64,000 nucleotides of DNA. Source: Coleofasciculus sp. B1-GNL1-01 (GTDB taxonomy: Bacteria > Cyanobacteriota > Cyanobacteriia > Cyanobacteriales > Coleofasciculaceae). Position 1 is the first letter of the stretch. Every line of letters begins with the position of its first letter. The notes below the pieces were generated by a model that saw only the letters and a program-made list of their open reading frames with translations, was not told the DNA's origin and made no database searches. The position numbers and the translations under genes were made by a program. Where the stretch lies: assembly GCA_040220235.1 (NCBI GenBank), contig JAVJTO010000102.1. One strand, given 5' to 3'. Below, in pieces: positions 30,537-41,109 of the stretch.

Positions 30537-32327
30537 CTAAGAATCGTAATCCCGATCATCTAATCCCGGTCTGGGCATTGGTACAGCTTTTTTCCGATTA
30601 AGCTGACGTAGCAACATTGCCCCCACCACAGCGATGACGAGGAACACCCAACCCGTCAGGGGTTGTAGCAGCAAAAAGCCTCCGATCGCAAACATAGCAC
30701 CAAACAACAATAAAATGGCGGCAAATACCCGTTGAATATCCTGTCTCAGGTTTTGAACAGGTAATAACCCCGTACTTTCCTGTTGACGTTGCCAACCCGG
30801 ACCTGCTGGACGCACCCGACGATAAAATTCATCTAGAGTTGCCTCAGATTCTGGCGGCGTCACTAACATGGCTGTAATCCATAACCCACTGGTAATAATT
30901 GTCGTTACCAGTAGACGCAAACCAAACTCCTCAATCTGGATAATTGGGACGATACTGGTGGTTAACCCGACAATAAATCCACCCACCATTGCCGTCAGTT
31001 CAGCTATGGCGTTAATTCGCCACCAAAACCAGCGTAAGATTAAGACTAAGCCAGGACCGGTGCCAATGGCAATCACTAACCGAAAAACGGTTGCCACATC
31101 CTGAGAAAAGAACGCCGCCATCGCCCCTAATGCCGTCACCACCACTGAAGCAATCCGCCCCGCTAATACCAACTCTGACTGTTGAGCATTCGGTCTGATA
31201 AAGCGCTGATACAGGTCATTGGTTAAATAAGACGCGCCCCAGTTAATCGATGTAGACACCGTACTCATAAACGCAGCCAGTAGGGATGTGACGACTAACC
31301 CCAACATCACCGGGGGAAGGAAATCCAGCATCAATTTAGGATACCCCAATTCTCGGTCGGATAAATCGGGATAGACGACAATCGCCACCAGCGCCACGAG
31401 TATCCAGGGCCAAGTTCTGATCACATAATGGAGAATATTAAATAACCACGCGGCTTTCTCGGCTTCCGCTTCATCCTTAGACGCCGCCAGACGCTGCACA
31501 AATTCCCCACCACCATCACTCCGACGAAATGTCCACCACTGGAGGAAGATATAGGCAAAAAAGGTACTGGCGGTAATTCCCGCTGTTTCACTCCAGCGAA
31601 AATTATCAGTTATTGGAAAAAAAGATAAAATATCATGTCCAGTCATCTGCTGCACTTCTGGCACAAGGACATGAATTCCACCGACATGATTGACCGCCGC
31701 GATCGCGACAACAATTGCCCCAAATAGTGCTAAAAAGAATTGGAAAAAATCGGTAGTTACCACACCCCAAAGCCCCGCAAAACCTGAGTAAATTAAAACT
31801 AAAACGCTAACACCAACCACACTCCAAATTTTCAGATTTTCCTCTGGTTCAATCCCCAAACTCTGCCAAAGTTCCAAGGCATCCACCACTTTAATCATGG
31901 CAAGCATAGCGTAGCCAATAGCAATACAGTTAATCGGTACGGCAAATAAAAATGCTTTGGTTCCCCGTAAAATTGCGGCTGTTCGTCCGCCATAACGCAG
32001 TTCAGTCAATTCCGCGTCGGTGACAATTTCCGAACGTCGCCACAATCGGGCAAAGATATAAATCATCACCAGATGGGCGATGCCAAAACTCCACCATTCC
32101 CAGTTTCCGGCAATGCCTCGATTACCCACCACCCCAGCAATATAAAGGGGTGTATCAATAGAAAACGTTGTCGCTGCCATACTTGTACCCGCTAACCACC
32201 AAGGAAGTGATCGCCCAGAGACGAAAAAATCGACCAAACTCCCTGATGCTTTGCGTGAGAGATAAAGTCCTAAGCCCATTGAACCAATCAGGTAGAGCAG
32301 GACAATCAGCCAATCAACCTGTTGCAT
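30537..32327 (-). CDS. Sodium:solute symporter family protein
   Basis: DFFVSGRSLPWW, SMAATTFS, ELRYG, VVTTDFFQF and LAAFMSTVST motifs; many TM helices. Confidence 0.92.
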   Translation of the reverse strand: MQQVDWLIVLLYLIGSMGLGLYLSRKASGSLVDFFVSGRSLPWWLAGTSMAATTFSIDTPLYIAGVVGNRGIAGNWEWWSFGIAHLVMIYIFARLWRRSEIVTDAELTELRYGGRTAAILRGTKAFLFAVPINCIAIGYAMLAMIKVVDALELWQSLGIEPEENLKIWSVVGVSVLVLIYSGFAGLWGVVTTDFFQFFLALFGAIVVAIAAVNHVGGIHVLVPEVQQMTGHDILSFFPITDNFRWSETAGITASTFFAYIFLQWWTFRRSDGGGEFVQRLAASKDEAEAEKAAWLFNILHYVIRTWPWILVALVAIVVYPDLSDRELGYPKLMLDFLPPVMLGLVVTSLLAAFMSTVSTSINWGASYLTNDLYQRFIRPNAQQSELVLAGRIASVVVTALGAMAAFFSQDVATVFRLVIAIGTGPGLVLILRWFWWRINAIAELTAMVGGFIVGLTTSIVPIIQIEEFGLRLLVTTIITSGLWITAMLVTPPESEATLDEFYRRVRPAGPGWQRQQESTGLLPVQNLRQDIQRVFAAILLLFGAMFAIGGFLLLQPLTGWVFLVIAVVGAMLLRQLNRKKAVPMPRPGLDDRDYDS

Positions 32328-32614
32328 GCTTTTGCGATAACGTTTGACCTGAATTTGATATGATACATCGCTTTTAGGTCAGATAATTTTAGAGGTTAGA
32401 TTTTCATGTTTGATCAACCTCTCTCAACTTAGTCGGGGCGGGTTTATTCATATCTGGGTGAGGTAAAAAACGATAATAGTGAAACCCGCCCCTACACAGA
32501 TTGTGTCAGATAGAAAGGTGGCACATCGGTTGGAACTCCACAGGTTTAGCCTTGGTCAGGTTAACCAAACGTAAGACAATTTTCACTAACGAACGGACGA
32601 TTGAGGCTAATTTT

Positions 32615-34573
32615 ATGCTATATAGAGCGGTTGCCTTTTCCACTTTGGCTGTGCTGGTGGGTAGCGATTTAACTCAGCCAGCGATGGCGACTCCCGATTC
32701 CCCGACAACCAACCCACCATCGGAAACCAGAAACTATGTTGTCCCCACAGAAGCCACCTCAGCCACGCCTTCCCCTAGAACAGTCGCCGCTCCAGAAGCG
32801 ACGCCAACCCCAGAATTTGCCCAATCTGTTCCCACCCTAAATCAATCTCAACGGTCTAACGATTTAGTTGTTCTCGCCACAGACGTGCAAGTCGTTGGTG
32901 TGTCGGAAGAATTGCAGCAGCTTGTCTTAAAAACGATTAGCACTCGTCCAGGGGGTCAAACCAGTCAAAGCCAATTGGATCAGGATATTCAAGCGATTTT
33001 AAATACAGGGTTCTTTGCTAACGTCAGTGTCACGCCAACCGCTAATTCCACGGGTTGGGCGGTGGTTTATCAGGTTGAACCCGTTATCGCGCGATCGCTC
33101 GAACTATCCGGTAACCAGGTTCTCACCCCAGATGTGGCTAATTCTATTTTTAATCCGCAATTGGGTCAACCCGTTAGTCCCGCTAACCTACGTCAAGGGA
33201 TACAACAGTTAGAACAATGGTATGAAGACAATGGTTATATCTTGGCACAGGTTTTAGACGTGCGATCGACACCGGATGGCGTGATAATCGTTGACGTGGC
33301 GGAAGGTGTAGTCAGTGACATTAATTTCCGCTTCCTTGATGAAGAAGGTGAACCCACGGAAGGACGAACTCGCGAGGATTTTATCAATCGTGAATTGAAC
33401 CTACAACCGGGTCAAGTCTTTAATGTAGAGGTTGTCCGCCAAGACTTGCAACAGCTTTACCAATTGGGATTATTTGATCAAGTAGACATTTCTCTCAATG
33501 GTGATGCTAGAAATGTCGATGTTATTTATAATCTGATTGAACGATCAGCCCGTGGGGTAAATGCTGGTGCTGGATATAGCAATGACAGTGGTGTTTTTGG
33601 CACTCTCAGCTATAACGACTTCAATCTCGGCGGTGTGAACCAGAAACTGGGATTGAATATACAGTTTAGCCGTCGTGATTTCCAGTTTGATGGAAATTAT
33701 GGTAGACCCTATCGGGCTAGTAATCCAGAACAACCAGGATATAACGTAAATACATTTCGGCGGCGTACTGTATCCCAGACGTTCGATGAAGATGTTGATC
33801 TCGCCAATGGGGATGATCCCCGTGAAGGACAGTTTGGCGGCGGCGTCACCTTATCCAAACCCGTGAATCAGGAATGGGATGCGTCGGTAGGCGTCAACTA
33901 TACCCGTACCAGTATCCGCGATAGTGACGGCGACATTAATGCGGTTGATGAATTCGGGAATCGTCTCTCCTTCAGTGATAAAGGAATTGATGATTTAGTT
34001 ACCGTTTCTGCTGGAGTGACGCGGGATAAACGAGACAATCCAGTCAATCCCACCCAAGGTTCTCTGGTGCGTCTGAGTACGGAACAGTCTGTACCGATTG
34101 GTAATGGTAGTATTTTGATGAATCGGCTGGAGGCAAATTACTCCCAATATGTTCCCGTTGATGTATTTAAGGGTAATAGTCAAGAAGTCTTGGCATTTAA
34201 CGTTCAGGGAGGAACCACGATTGGTGATTTACCCCCCTACAACGCCTTTAACCTCGGCGGTCAAAATTCGGTGCGAGGCTACGGTACAGGGGATGTCGGA
34301 ACAGGGCGCAGTTATGTGTTAGCGTCGGCGGAGTATCGGATTCCCATCTTCAATCCAGTAGGTGCGGTTGTTTTTGCTGACTTTGCATCGGATTTGGGTT
34401 CGAGTGAAACCGTACCGGGAGAACCGGGTGTGGTGCGGGGTAAACCGGGAAGTGGGTTTGGTTACGGTGCGGGATTGCGCGTCAATTCCCCTGTGGGTAT
34501 CATCCGCGCCGATTTAGGATTTAATGACCAAGGAGATAGCCGAGTCCAGTTTGGTTTGGGTCAACGATTTTAA
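32615..34573 (+). CDS. Omp85/BamA-family outer-membrane protein (POTRA + beta-barrel)
   Basis: Signal peptide, POTRA repeats, LGGQNSVRGY motif and terminal FGLGQRF. Confidence 0.92.
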   Translation: MLYRAVAFSTLAVLVGSDLTQPAMATPDSPTTNPPSETRNYVVPTEATSATPSPRTVAAPEATPTPEFAQSVPTLNQSQRSNDLVVLATDVQVVGVSEELQQLVLKTISTRPGGQTSQSQLDQDIQAILNTGFFANVSVTPTANSTGWAVVYQVEPVIARSLELSGNQVLTPDVANSIFNPQLGQPVSPANLRQGIQQLEQWYEDNGYILAQVLDVRSTPDGVIIVDVAEGVVSDINFRFLDEEGEPTEGRTREDFINRELNLQPGQVFNVEVVRQDLQQLYQLGLFDQVDISLNGDARNVDVIYNLIERSARGVNAGAGYSNDSGVFGTLSYNDFNLGGVNQKLGLNIQFSRRDFQFDGNYGRPYRASNPEQPGYNVNTFRRRTVSQTFDEDVDLANGDDPREGQFGGGVTLSKPVNQEWDASVGVNYTRTSIRDSDGDINAVDEFGNRLSFSDKGIDDLVTVSAGVTRDKRDNPVNPTQGSLVRLSTEQSVPIGNGSILMNRLEANYSQYVPVDVFKGNSQEVLAFNVQGGTTIGDLPPYNAFNLGGQNSVRGYGTGDVGTGRSYVLASAEYRIPIFNPVGAVVFADFASDLGSSETVPGEPGVVRGKPGSGFGYGAGLRVNSPVGIIRADLGFNDQGDSRVQFGLGQRF

Positions 34574-34859
34574 GCCTTAAAATGGTGTCCAAGAAGGGCG
34601 GGTTTAGTTACCTTTGTCATGATTGTCGGGATTATTGGGATTATTGGGATTATCGCGGTTGTAGGGGCGAGTCGCTGCACATAGTAGGCAGTGTGAGAAT
34701 TAACTTGTCTCGACTCGCCCTTTTCTAAATGCGGTGTTAGATAATTCCCGATAGCGGGCGGAGGGCGACCCGATCAAATTAAGGGTTGGATGGTGTTAAT
34801 TGTGTGCGGCGGGTCGCCCCCACGAGAACACCAACGCCTGTTATAAATCAAGGCTATAA

Positions 34860-35213
34860 TTATTCCAATTCCAACTTTAATCCTGGCATTAATCGCTGTA
34901 AATTCTTTAACGATTTTCCTTGCCAAGGAATTTTATCGGAGCCTTTAATTTCAATCTGGATCGTCTTCTTTTTGCGTACATTCAAGACAAATTTAGACAA
35001 CATGCTAATTCCCGAACTATTGAGGAATTCTAGCTCCCGCAGGTTTAACGTAATCAGGGAAGGGTCTTGCTGAATCATCTCATCGAAGATTTTGATGATC
35101 GGTTCGTACTCCTTCATTCCACCCAGTCGCAGTGACCCTTCAAAATATACAGTTGCTGTTTCTGGATCACCGATTACTTGGTAATTTTCACCCTGAACCT
35201 TTTGTTTTTCCAT
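34860..35213 (-). CDS. STAS-like Slr1659-superfamily regulator
   Basis: LNLRELEFLNSSGI phospho-Ser motif and PWQGKSLKNLQRL. Confidence 0.85.
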   Translation of the reverse strand: MEKQKVQGENYQVIGDPETATVYFEGSLRLGGMKEYEPIIKIFDEMIQQDPSLITLNLRELEFLNSSGISMLSKFVLNVRKKKTIQIEIKGSDKIPWQGKSLKNLQRLMPGLKLELE

Positions 35214-35271
35214 GAATAATTTAGCTCCTAAAACTACAAATCGTTGATAATACTTATTGAAGGGTTTGAAT

Positions 35272-35871
35272 CTATACCTTAAGTTGTACCATCGTTGTCA
35301 CCGTAACCACCTCAGGTTCTTTTTGAACAGTTTCAAATTTCCAACCCAACTTGGCAAAATAATCATTTTTCATGGTTAATAACCCCAATCCAGAAGTCCC
35401 CCCGGTTTCATCTTCAGCACTTTTTTCCAACTGACGGATATAGAGTTCATCCAGATCGGAGTCTAGTAATTCCTGAATGAAGGATTGAAACTTATTAATA
35501 GATTGTTGAGACACACTATTAGTTGCCAATAAAACTAAAGTTATTTCGGTCGCAATGTCTAAAATATGCAACCCAAATTTAATCGGATAGGATGAATTAT
35601 CGTCATTAAACTTCATCGCATTTTCCAGTAACTCATTAGCGATATAACTCACCGCTCCTTTTATTTCAACTCGCTTTCCCTCAGGGTCTGGATCTTCGTC
35701 AATAGCGGGAAAAAAGGTAGTCAAGTAATCAGCGACAAAATCAGCCGATAAACCATTATTGCGCCAGCGTTGCTGAATGGGAATGGAACTCGGTGAGAAT
35801 CCAAGTATTAAAAACTCTTGTTCATTAGACAGATTTTCTTGAAATTCTCCAAATATCTTTTGCATAGCCAT
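35272..35871 (-). CDS. Slr1658-superfamily HATPase-like (anti-sigma / SiaB-like) regulator
   Basis: WRNNGLSADF, ANELLENAMKF and SGLGLLTM motifs. Confidence 0.85.
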   Translation of the reverse strand: MAMQKIFGEFQENLSNEQEFLILGFSPSSIPIQQRWRNNGLSADFVADYLTTFFPAIDEDPDPEGKRVEIKGAVSYIANELLENAMKFNDDNSSYPIKFGLHILDIATEITLVLLATNSVSQQSINKFQSFIQELLDSDLDELYIRQLEKSAEDETGGTSGLGLLTMKNDYFAKLGWKFETVQKEPEVVTVTTMVQLKV

Positions 35872-36536
35872 TATGTCCAATCAAACGTTATTATTTTTTC
35901 ACAACTTGTCCAATAAGGTGATAATAATTTTGGCGGTAGAATCGGCATGATATTTGACTAAAGAATAGACAGTGGTCACTAGGGAATCGGTTCGTTTCAT
36001 GAATAAATATCATCTGTATAACTTGCTAATCCGTTAATCTACTTGAGATCTCACAGCTCCTTAAATTGCAGCAGCTTTGCCGGAGCAAGCTTATTTCTAG
36101 GATCTCACAAAACTGCTCGCTTTTATACCCTTTTTGTGGGAAATTATCAGCAGCAATTATTTTATCTGTATAGAGCAAAATTCTGTCCTCAACGTCTACT
36201 ATCATGTCCGGTTGAATACTTATACTATCAAAGGATTCTAAGCAAGTGGATGGAAATAAACTTAGCTAGATTAACTTTTGTAAACACATCTCAAACCCTT
36301 ACCTAAAATGTCGCTTGCTTCTCCAGGGAAGCGAGTATGACGATCCCTACCGTTAACTTCAATTGTCCCTACATACTTAATGGTCGTTTGTGCCATCAGC
36401 ATGACCACACAACTTTATAACCCATGTTCCACTACCCAATAGCCACAACATCATCGTAATGAAGAATATCATAATAGTCTCCTTCCACTTCGTCAACAGG
36501 TTCCATAAATCTCGCCATATCTAACTTCCCCTAAAT

Positions 36537-38129
36537 CTATTTCTGTTTCATCACGAGCAACGTAATATCATCATAGATTTTTTGATTGCCAATATAGTGC
36601 AAGACATCGGCAATTACCGCCTCTTGAATAGCCGTTGCGCTTAAATGTCGATTCCATTGAATCACCTGACACAGCCGTTCTAGTCCATAAAACGTGCCGT
36701 TAATATCTTCCGACTCCGTAATGCCATCCGTATAAAGCACGGCGACATCTTGCGAATTTAACTGAACAGAGATTTGATTGATAAACTGAGAAATTTCTGC
36801 ATCTAAACCAATCGGAAATCCTAAATCTATCGTATCAATCCGTTCCAGTTGACCGGATGAGCGAACGACGATCATTTCTTCATGCTGTCCACTCACACTC
36901 AGTCGTCCGCCTGCATAGTTAGCAATAGCTAGCGTCAAATTTTTGTCTGAGTTCATCCGCTCAACATTGCGGTAAATTGTGCGATTGAGAACATCAAGAA
37001 ATTTTATTGGATCGGTTTCTTGCATTTCTTTTAAGGTTCTAATCGCCGTTTGTACCATGATCATTACCATGCCACTTTCCAACCCATGTCCGGTGACATC
37101 ACCAATGCCAATGGTGACAATTCCATTATAGTTGAGGATATCATAGTAATCGCCGCCAACTTCATCAGCCGATTTCATAAATCCAGCAACATCTAAGCCT
37201 TCAATTGAGGTTAGTTCCTCCGGTTTAGGCAGAATCATTTGCTGCATTTTGCGAGCAATATCCAGTTCGGCACTCATCCGCATATTTTCCAATTGAAGCT
37301 GATCATTCAGCCGCAAAATCTCTTCATTCGCCTGCACTAAATCAATGGTTCGTTCTCTAACTTGTTGCTGTAATTGTCTGGAGTGTTGCCGCAATCGACG
37401 GATTGATAAAGCTAATCCAGAAATGCCAACAATCGATAAACCACCTAACATTAAAAATGTTTCCTGCAATCCGGTACGAGTTTGAGTTTTAAACTGCTCC
37501 AAAGATTGGGTAATTTCCAACACTCCGCGTACATCTCCCACTTGCCAATCCGTTTTAGGCGTACCGGGATACGTATTGTGACAAGCCACACAGCTTGGTG
37601 TCATCACATCAGCTTCAGCGTAGAGTAGTGTGGGTTTACCGCCAAAGGTTTCAACTCGGAAATAGGATTGATTTGGATTCACTTTTAAATAGTTTAGGGC
37701 TTCCCATTCAAATTGATTTTTTGGTCCCCCTTCGTTACGTCGCCAAGGAAAAGGATAATCGCTGTAGAGTCGAACAGACATATCTGTTTTATTTTCTCGA
37801 ATTTTACGACTCAGTTCGAGTAAGTAGGTTGCGGGTAGAGGAATCGCTCCCTCTTGATTCAAATAGTCATGAGTGACGCTAATCCCATCCACTGTTTCGG
37901 CTCGACTTACTATTTCTGAGCTATAAACGGTTCGGGCTTTTTTCATCAGTTGTGCATAAACTTTAGCATTCTGGAGTGCTTGTGATTCGACTAATTGAAA
38001 CGAAAGATGGGACATACTTAATAAAGCCCCCAATACTCCCGCACAAAACAAAATTGTCAAAACAGTAATAATTCGCTTATAAAGAATTGAAATAAACTTA
38101 TTCCATACTTTTCGCCATATATGATTCAT
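36537..38129 (-). CDS. Membrane SpoIIE/PP2C phosphatase with extracytoplasmic c-type heme (DUF3365/Tll0287-like) sensor
   Basis: TM, LPAT, SDYPF and CVACH heme motif, TM, then VGGDYYD, GDVTGHG, YTDGITE and DDITL. Confidence 0.9.
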   Translation of the reverse strand: MNHIWRKVWNKFISILYKRIITVLTILFCAGVLGALLSMSHLSFQLVESQALQNAKVYAQLMKKARTVYSSEIVSRAETVDGISVTHDYLNQEGAIPLPATYLLELSRKIRENKTDMSVRLYSDYPFPWRRNEGGPKNQFEWEALNYLKVNPNQSYFRVETFGGKPTLLYAEADVMTPSCVACHNTYPGTPKTDWQVGDVRGVLEITQSLEQFKTQTRTGLQETFLMLGGLSIVGISGLALSIRRLRQHSRQLQQQVRERTIDLVQANEEILRLNDQLQLENMRMSAELDIARKMQQMILPKPEELTSIEGLDVAGFMKSADEVGGDYYDILNYNGIVTIGIGDVTGHGLESGMVMIMVQTAIRTLKEMQETDPIKFLDVLNRTIYRNVERMNSDKNLTLAIANYAGGRLSVSGQHEEMIVVRSSGQLERIDTIDLGFPIGLDAEISQFINQISVQLNSQDVAVLYTDGITESEDINGTFYGLERLCQVIQWNRHLSATAIQEAVIADVLHYIGNQKIYDDITLLVMKQK

Positions 38130-38467
38130 GGTTGGCTCCTTTTTTTTGCCAGATAAGGAAAGAAAAATGGAAAAAGCAGAACATTTAGAGTAAATTTAAA
38201 CTGTTATTATTAATGTGCCAATAAAACTTGTCAAATTTCACAAAATTCTGAAAGCTAGAGAGCAAGTTGTGCCATTCAAATAACTCAAACCAGCCCTTGC
38301 ATCTCATCCTGCGTCAGTCATGGATTAGATTAACCTACAGGGATATGGCGTAGGATACTGCTTACTGTAGCGCTTATCTGAAAGATATGGCAGTCAGTGA
38401 TGGAAAGAACTGTCTCAGACGTTTGGCGAGAGGGTAACAAACAAATCTGCACTTGGTTTGGCAACGC

Positions 38468-38599
38468 TATAGCGGTACTAAGACATGTTAGGACATTCTT
38501 TACTGTTCCCTGTTCCCTGTGACACACCGAGCGAAGTCGAGGTGTTCCCTGTTCCCTATTGGACTAACTGATGTTCTAACGTATCCTCGTAGTGCTATA
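38468..38599. mobile_element. MITE-like element family C (TATAGC...TTAGGACA...STRR...TGTYCTAAC...GTAGTGCTATA)
   Basis: Related copy at 45050-45150; this copy carries a CGAGCGAAGTCGAG insert inside its STRR tract. Confidence 0.6.
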
Positions 38600-38634
38600 C
38601 CAGCAAAACTAACTTCGTTAGCCTCTGGGTGGGT

Positions 38635-38660
38635 AAAAAAAAACCTGCTGACGCAGGTTC
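38635..38660 (-). terminator. Intrinsic terminator
   Basis: Minus strand GAACCTGCGTCAGCAGGTTTTTTTTT, downstream of 38698. Confidence 0.75.
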
Positions 38661-38697
38661 ATAGTATAGTAATGAATAACGAACAATATTGAAGTGA

Positions 38698-39219
38698 TTA
38701 GCGACGATGTCCGAACCATTTTGAGGCAATTGCCCCCATAACCGCCCCCACTAAGGGATTGCTGAGGAATTTGACAATGGCAGGTTGATCGGCTAGAACG
38801 TCCTGAAAGATATCCGGATGAGAATGATAAGTAAACGCAGCGAGTTTAGCCACATCATCCTCCTTCATCCGACTGGCGTGATGAGTTGAAAGTCCCAGTT
38901 GCTTTTCCAAGTCGCGATCGCTCAATCCGCGTTTCTTGAGTTGCTTGAAAAATTCACGCGCTACATCATCCCGTTCCTTGGGCTTAATGTGAGCGATCGC
39001 CTGTCGCAGTTCCGGTTCCATCTGACTGGGAGGTATGCGATCAGGATGCAGGGATCTGCCAAATAATTGGCGTCGTTCATCTCGCGAAGAACGTTGAGCA
39101 AAGTCATCAAAGTTTTGATACTCTTGTTCTGGTGTTTCTGGAACAGGTTCCAGAGATTCGGTATTACCACCCGCCAAATCCTTCATGATCTGACGTTTAT
39201 ACTGGTCGCTTGTTGCCAT
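38698..39219 (-). CDS. Conserved hypothetical protein
   Basis: 173 aa ORF with RBS (AGGAGA), co-oriented with the lipoprotein and csbD genes. Confidence 0.75.
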   Translation of the reverse strand: MATSDQYKRQIMKDLAGGNTESLEPVPETPEQEYQNFDDFAQRSSRDERRQLFGRSLHPDRIPPSQMEPELRQAIAHIKPKERDDVAREFFKQLKKRGLSDRDLEKQLGLSTHHASRMKEDDVAKLAAFTYHSHPDIFQDVLADQPAIVKFLSNPLVGAVMGAIASKWFGHRR

Positions 39220-39241
39220 CTTTTATTATCTCCTTTTTTTT

Positions 39242-39670
39242 CTATTGATACGTAACTTGATTGGACTGATTATTGTAATTCGCTGTTACAATAAGTTCTT
39301 TATCCGGGGCGTATACCAAGACTTTCAGATCTCGATTCGGAAAATTTTGGTGGAACCCTTGAACTAAAGATCGGGCTAAATCCTTAACCTCTGGCGGACG
39401 AACTTGAGGAGTAATTACAATCCCTAACTTATTGTTATCGCGCACGTAGGCGTCACTAACTAATCCCTTTGCCGTTTGCACCACCCAATTGCCAAACTCT
39501 TGACCGGATGCCGTATTGCCTCGTTCTAATTGTTGATAGGTTACACTGGGATTCAATGCCGTTGGCGCTTTTGCTTTGGTTTGGTTTGCTTGGCAAGCCG
39601 ATGTGGTCGCTAGGACTAAAATCAAAGCCAAAGCTGTGAAAAACTGGCGAGTTTTTTTACCTAAACTCAC
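39242..39670 (-). CDS. Hypothetical lipoprotein
   Basis: Lipobox TSAC; GGAGG RBS before the GTG start. Confidence 0.75.
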   Translation of the reverse strand: MSLGKKTRQFFTALALILVLATTSACQANQTKAKAPTALNPSVTYQQLERGNTASGQEFGNWVVQTAKGLVSDAYVRDNNKLGIVITPQVRPPEVKDLARSLVQGFHQNFPNRDLKVLVYAPDKELIVTANYNNQSNQVTYQ

Positions 39671-39860
39671 AGCAACCTCCTGATGAAACTATTAGTGGAT
39701 TTTCAATAAATAACCAGAAGGTCTAGATCAAGACTGCCTAGACCTTCTGATTCTAGTAAGGCAGGTAGAAATAAATCAGCCAATTCAAATCAGATACGGC
39801 TTTTTTGGCGTTCCCAATCGCGCAAAATTATCAACCTGCTTACTATTCCTGACAATGCAA

Positions 39861-40043
39861 TTAGTCAATGACTTGTTTGGCTTTGTCTTTCACATCTTCA
39901 ACAGCGTGACGAGCTTCAGCTTCATTTTGCTTTGCCTTACCTTCTGTCTTATCTTCAGGATCACCTGTGACATTACTCATGGCTTCCTGTGCCTTACCTT
40001 CTAGGTTTTTGGCAGTGGCTTTAGCTCTATCTTCAGTACTCAT
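39861..40043 (-). CDS. csbD: CsbD family stress protein
   Basis: KATAKNLEGKAQEAMSNVTGD..KTEGKAKQ pattern. Confidence 0.85.
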   Translation of the reverse strand: MSTEDRAKATAKNLEGKAQEAMSNVTGDPEDKTEGKAKQNEAEARHAVEDVKDKAKQVID

Positions 40044-40327
40044 ATCTTCAAATTCTCCAAATTATGATGATTATGAATTCGTCCCTAAAATAAAGAATGA
40101 ATAATTTTGGGGACAATTTCTTTTCCGTTGATGTCCACTATATCTGTATTTTTTATCAGAAGCGTCAATCTACAGGTAGATTAGCCTGATCCCCGCTTTA
40201 TGTCTAAAGTAGGAATTGGTTATACCTTCTCTGGGTTGACGACTCATTTTTTAGAGACTTCCATACAAAATTGTAGATACGTTGCATGAACGTATCTACA
40301 ACCTGGACGATAGATTTTCACTACCAG

Positions 40328-40798
40328 TTAATCCAGATAACCCATCATTTCATCAACTTCTTCCATGACATTGGAAGCGATGGGACGGTTTCCCAGAATC
40401 ATTTCTGTGTTCTCAAGATGCAAGGTACTCACAGAAATCGGACGATTTCCAGACACAACCATAACATCTCGGATTTGCATGTCACTCGCTGCGATCGGGC
40501 GCTCACCCATGGATGAAAGTGTGCCAACAACTTGTAAATCGCTGGTATCAACAGGACGTATCCCCCTTATTGAACCTTGATCACTCACTTTTAGCGAACT
40601 GCTAGCTATGGGACGATTTCCGGGTAGAGGGATTGAAGGTTCAACCAGAGAAACTTCTCCAGCTTGCTGCTTTTGAATAGCTAGCTTTGTTGATTGCGTT
40701 TCCTTATCGTTTGCCATGGTTGTTTCCTCGCTTTTTTTAGGGGTACGGCTATTCGTTTTACTATTAGCTTTTCTCTGGCTAGTGGCGTTATTTGCCAT
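40328..40798 (-). CDS. Hypothetical protein with five G-x-RP(I/V) repeats
   Basis: GNRPIASS, GIRPVDTS, GERPIAAS, GNRPISVS and GNRPIASN. Confidence 0.75.
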   Translation of the reverse strand: MANNATSQRKANSKTNSRTPKKSEETTMANDKETQSTKLAIQKQQAGEVSLVEPSIPLPGNRPIASSSLKVSDQGSIRGIRPVDTSDLQVVGTLSSMGERPIAASDMQIRDVMVVSGNRPISVSTLHLENTEMILGNRPIASNVMEEVDEMMGYLD

Positions 40799-41109
40799 AA
40801 ACAATTCCTTTAAATTTCTAACGGCATTGGTTAGGGCGTAGGAGACTTAACCCCCTTTGGGGCATTGTCACTACTCTGACTCAGATTTTTAAAATTATTA
40901 TAAACGTATATCTATCTTAACGAATAGGTATAAAACAATACAATCTTGTAAAGATTTGCAAAGATAGATAGAGAGAACTCGACTGTGACCATTGAGGCTC
41001 GCGTCAGTTCTGTATCCTATTGAATAGATACTCACACTACCACAAGGATGGGAGCCATTATTGACATTAAGGTTTAAATGCCGAACAGCTTATCACCCAG
41101 GTTACTTCT

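Noticed and set aside
41061..41092. TTGACA in a MITE end as a promoter for the TPR gene
   Set aside because: There is no -10 hexamer at 16-18 bp spacing.
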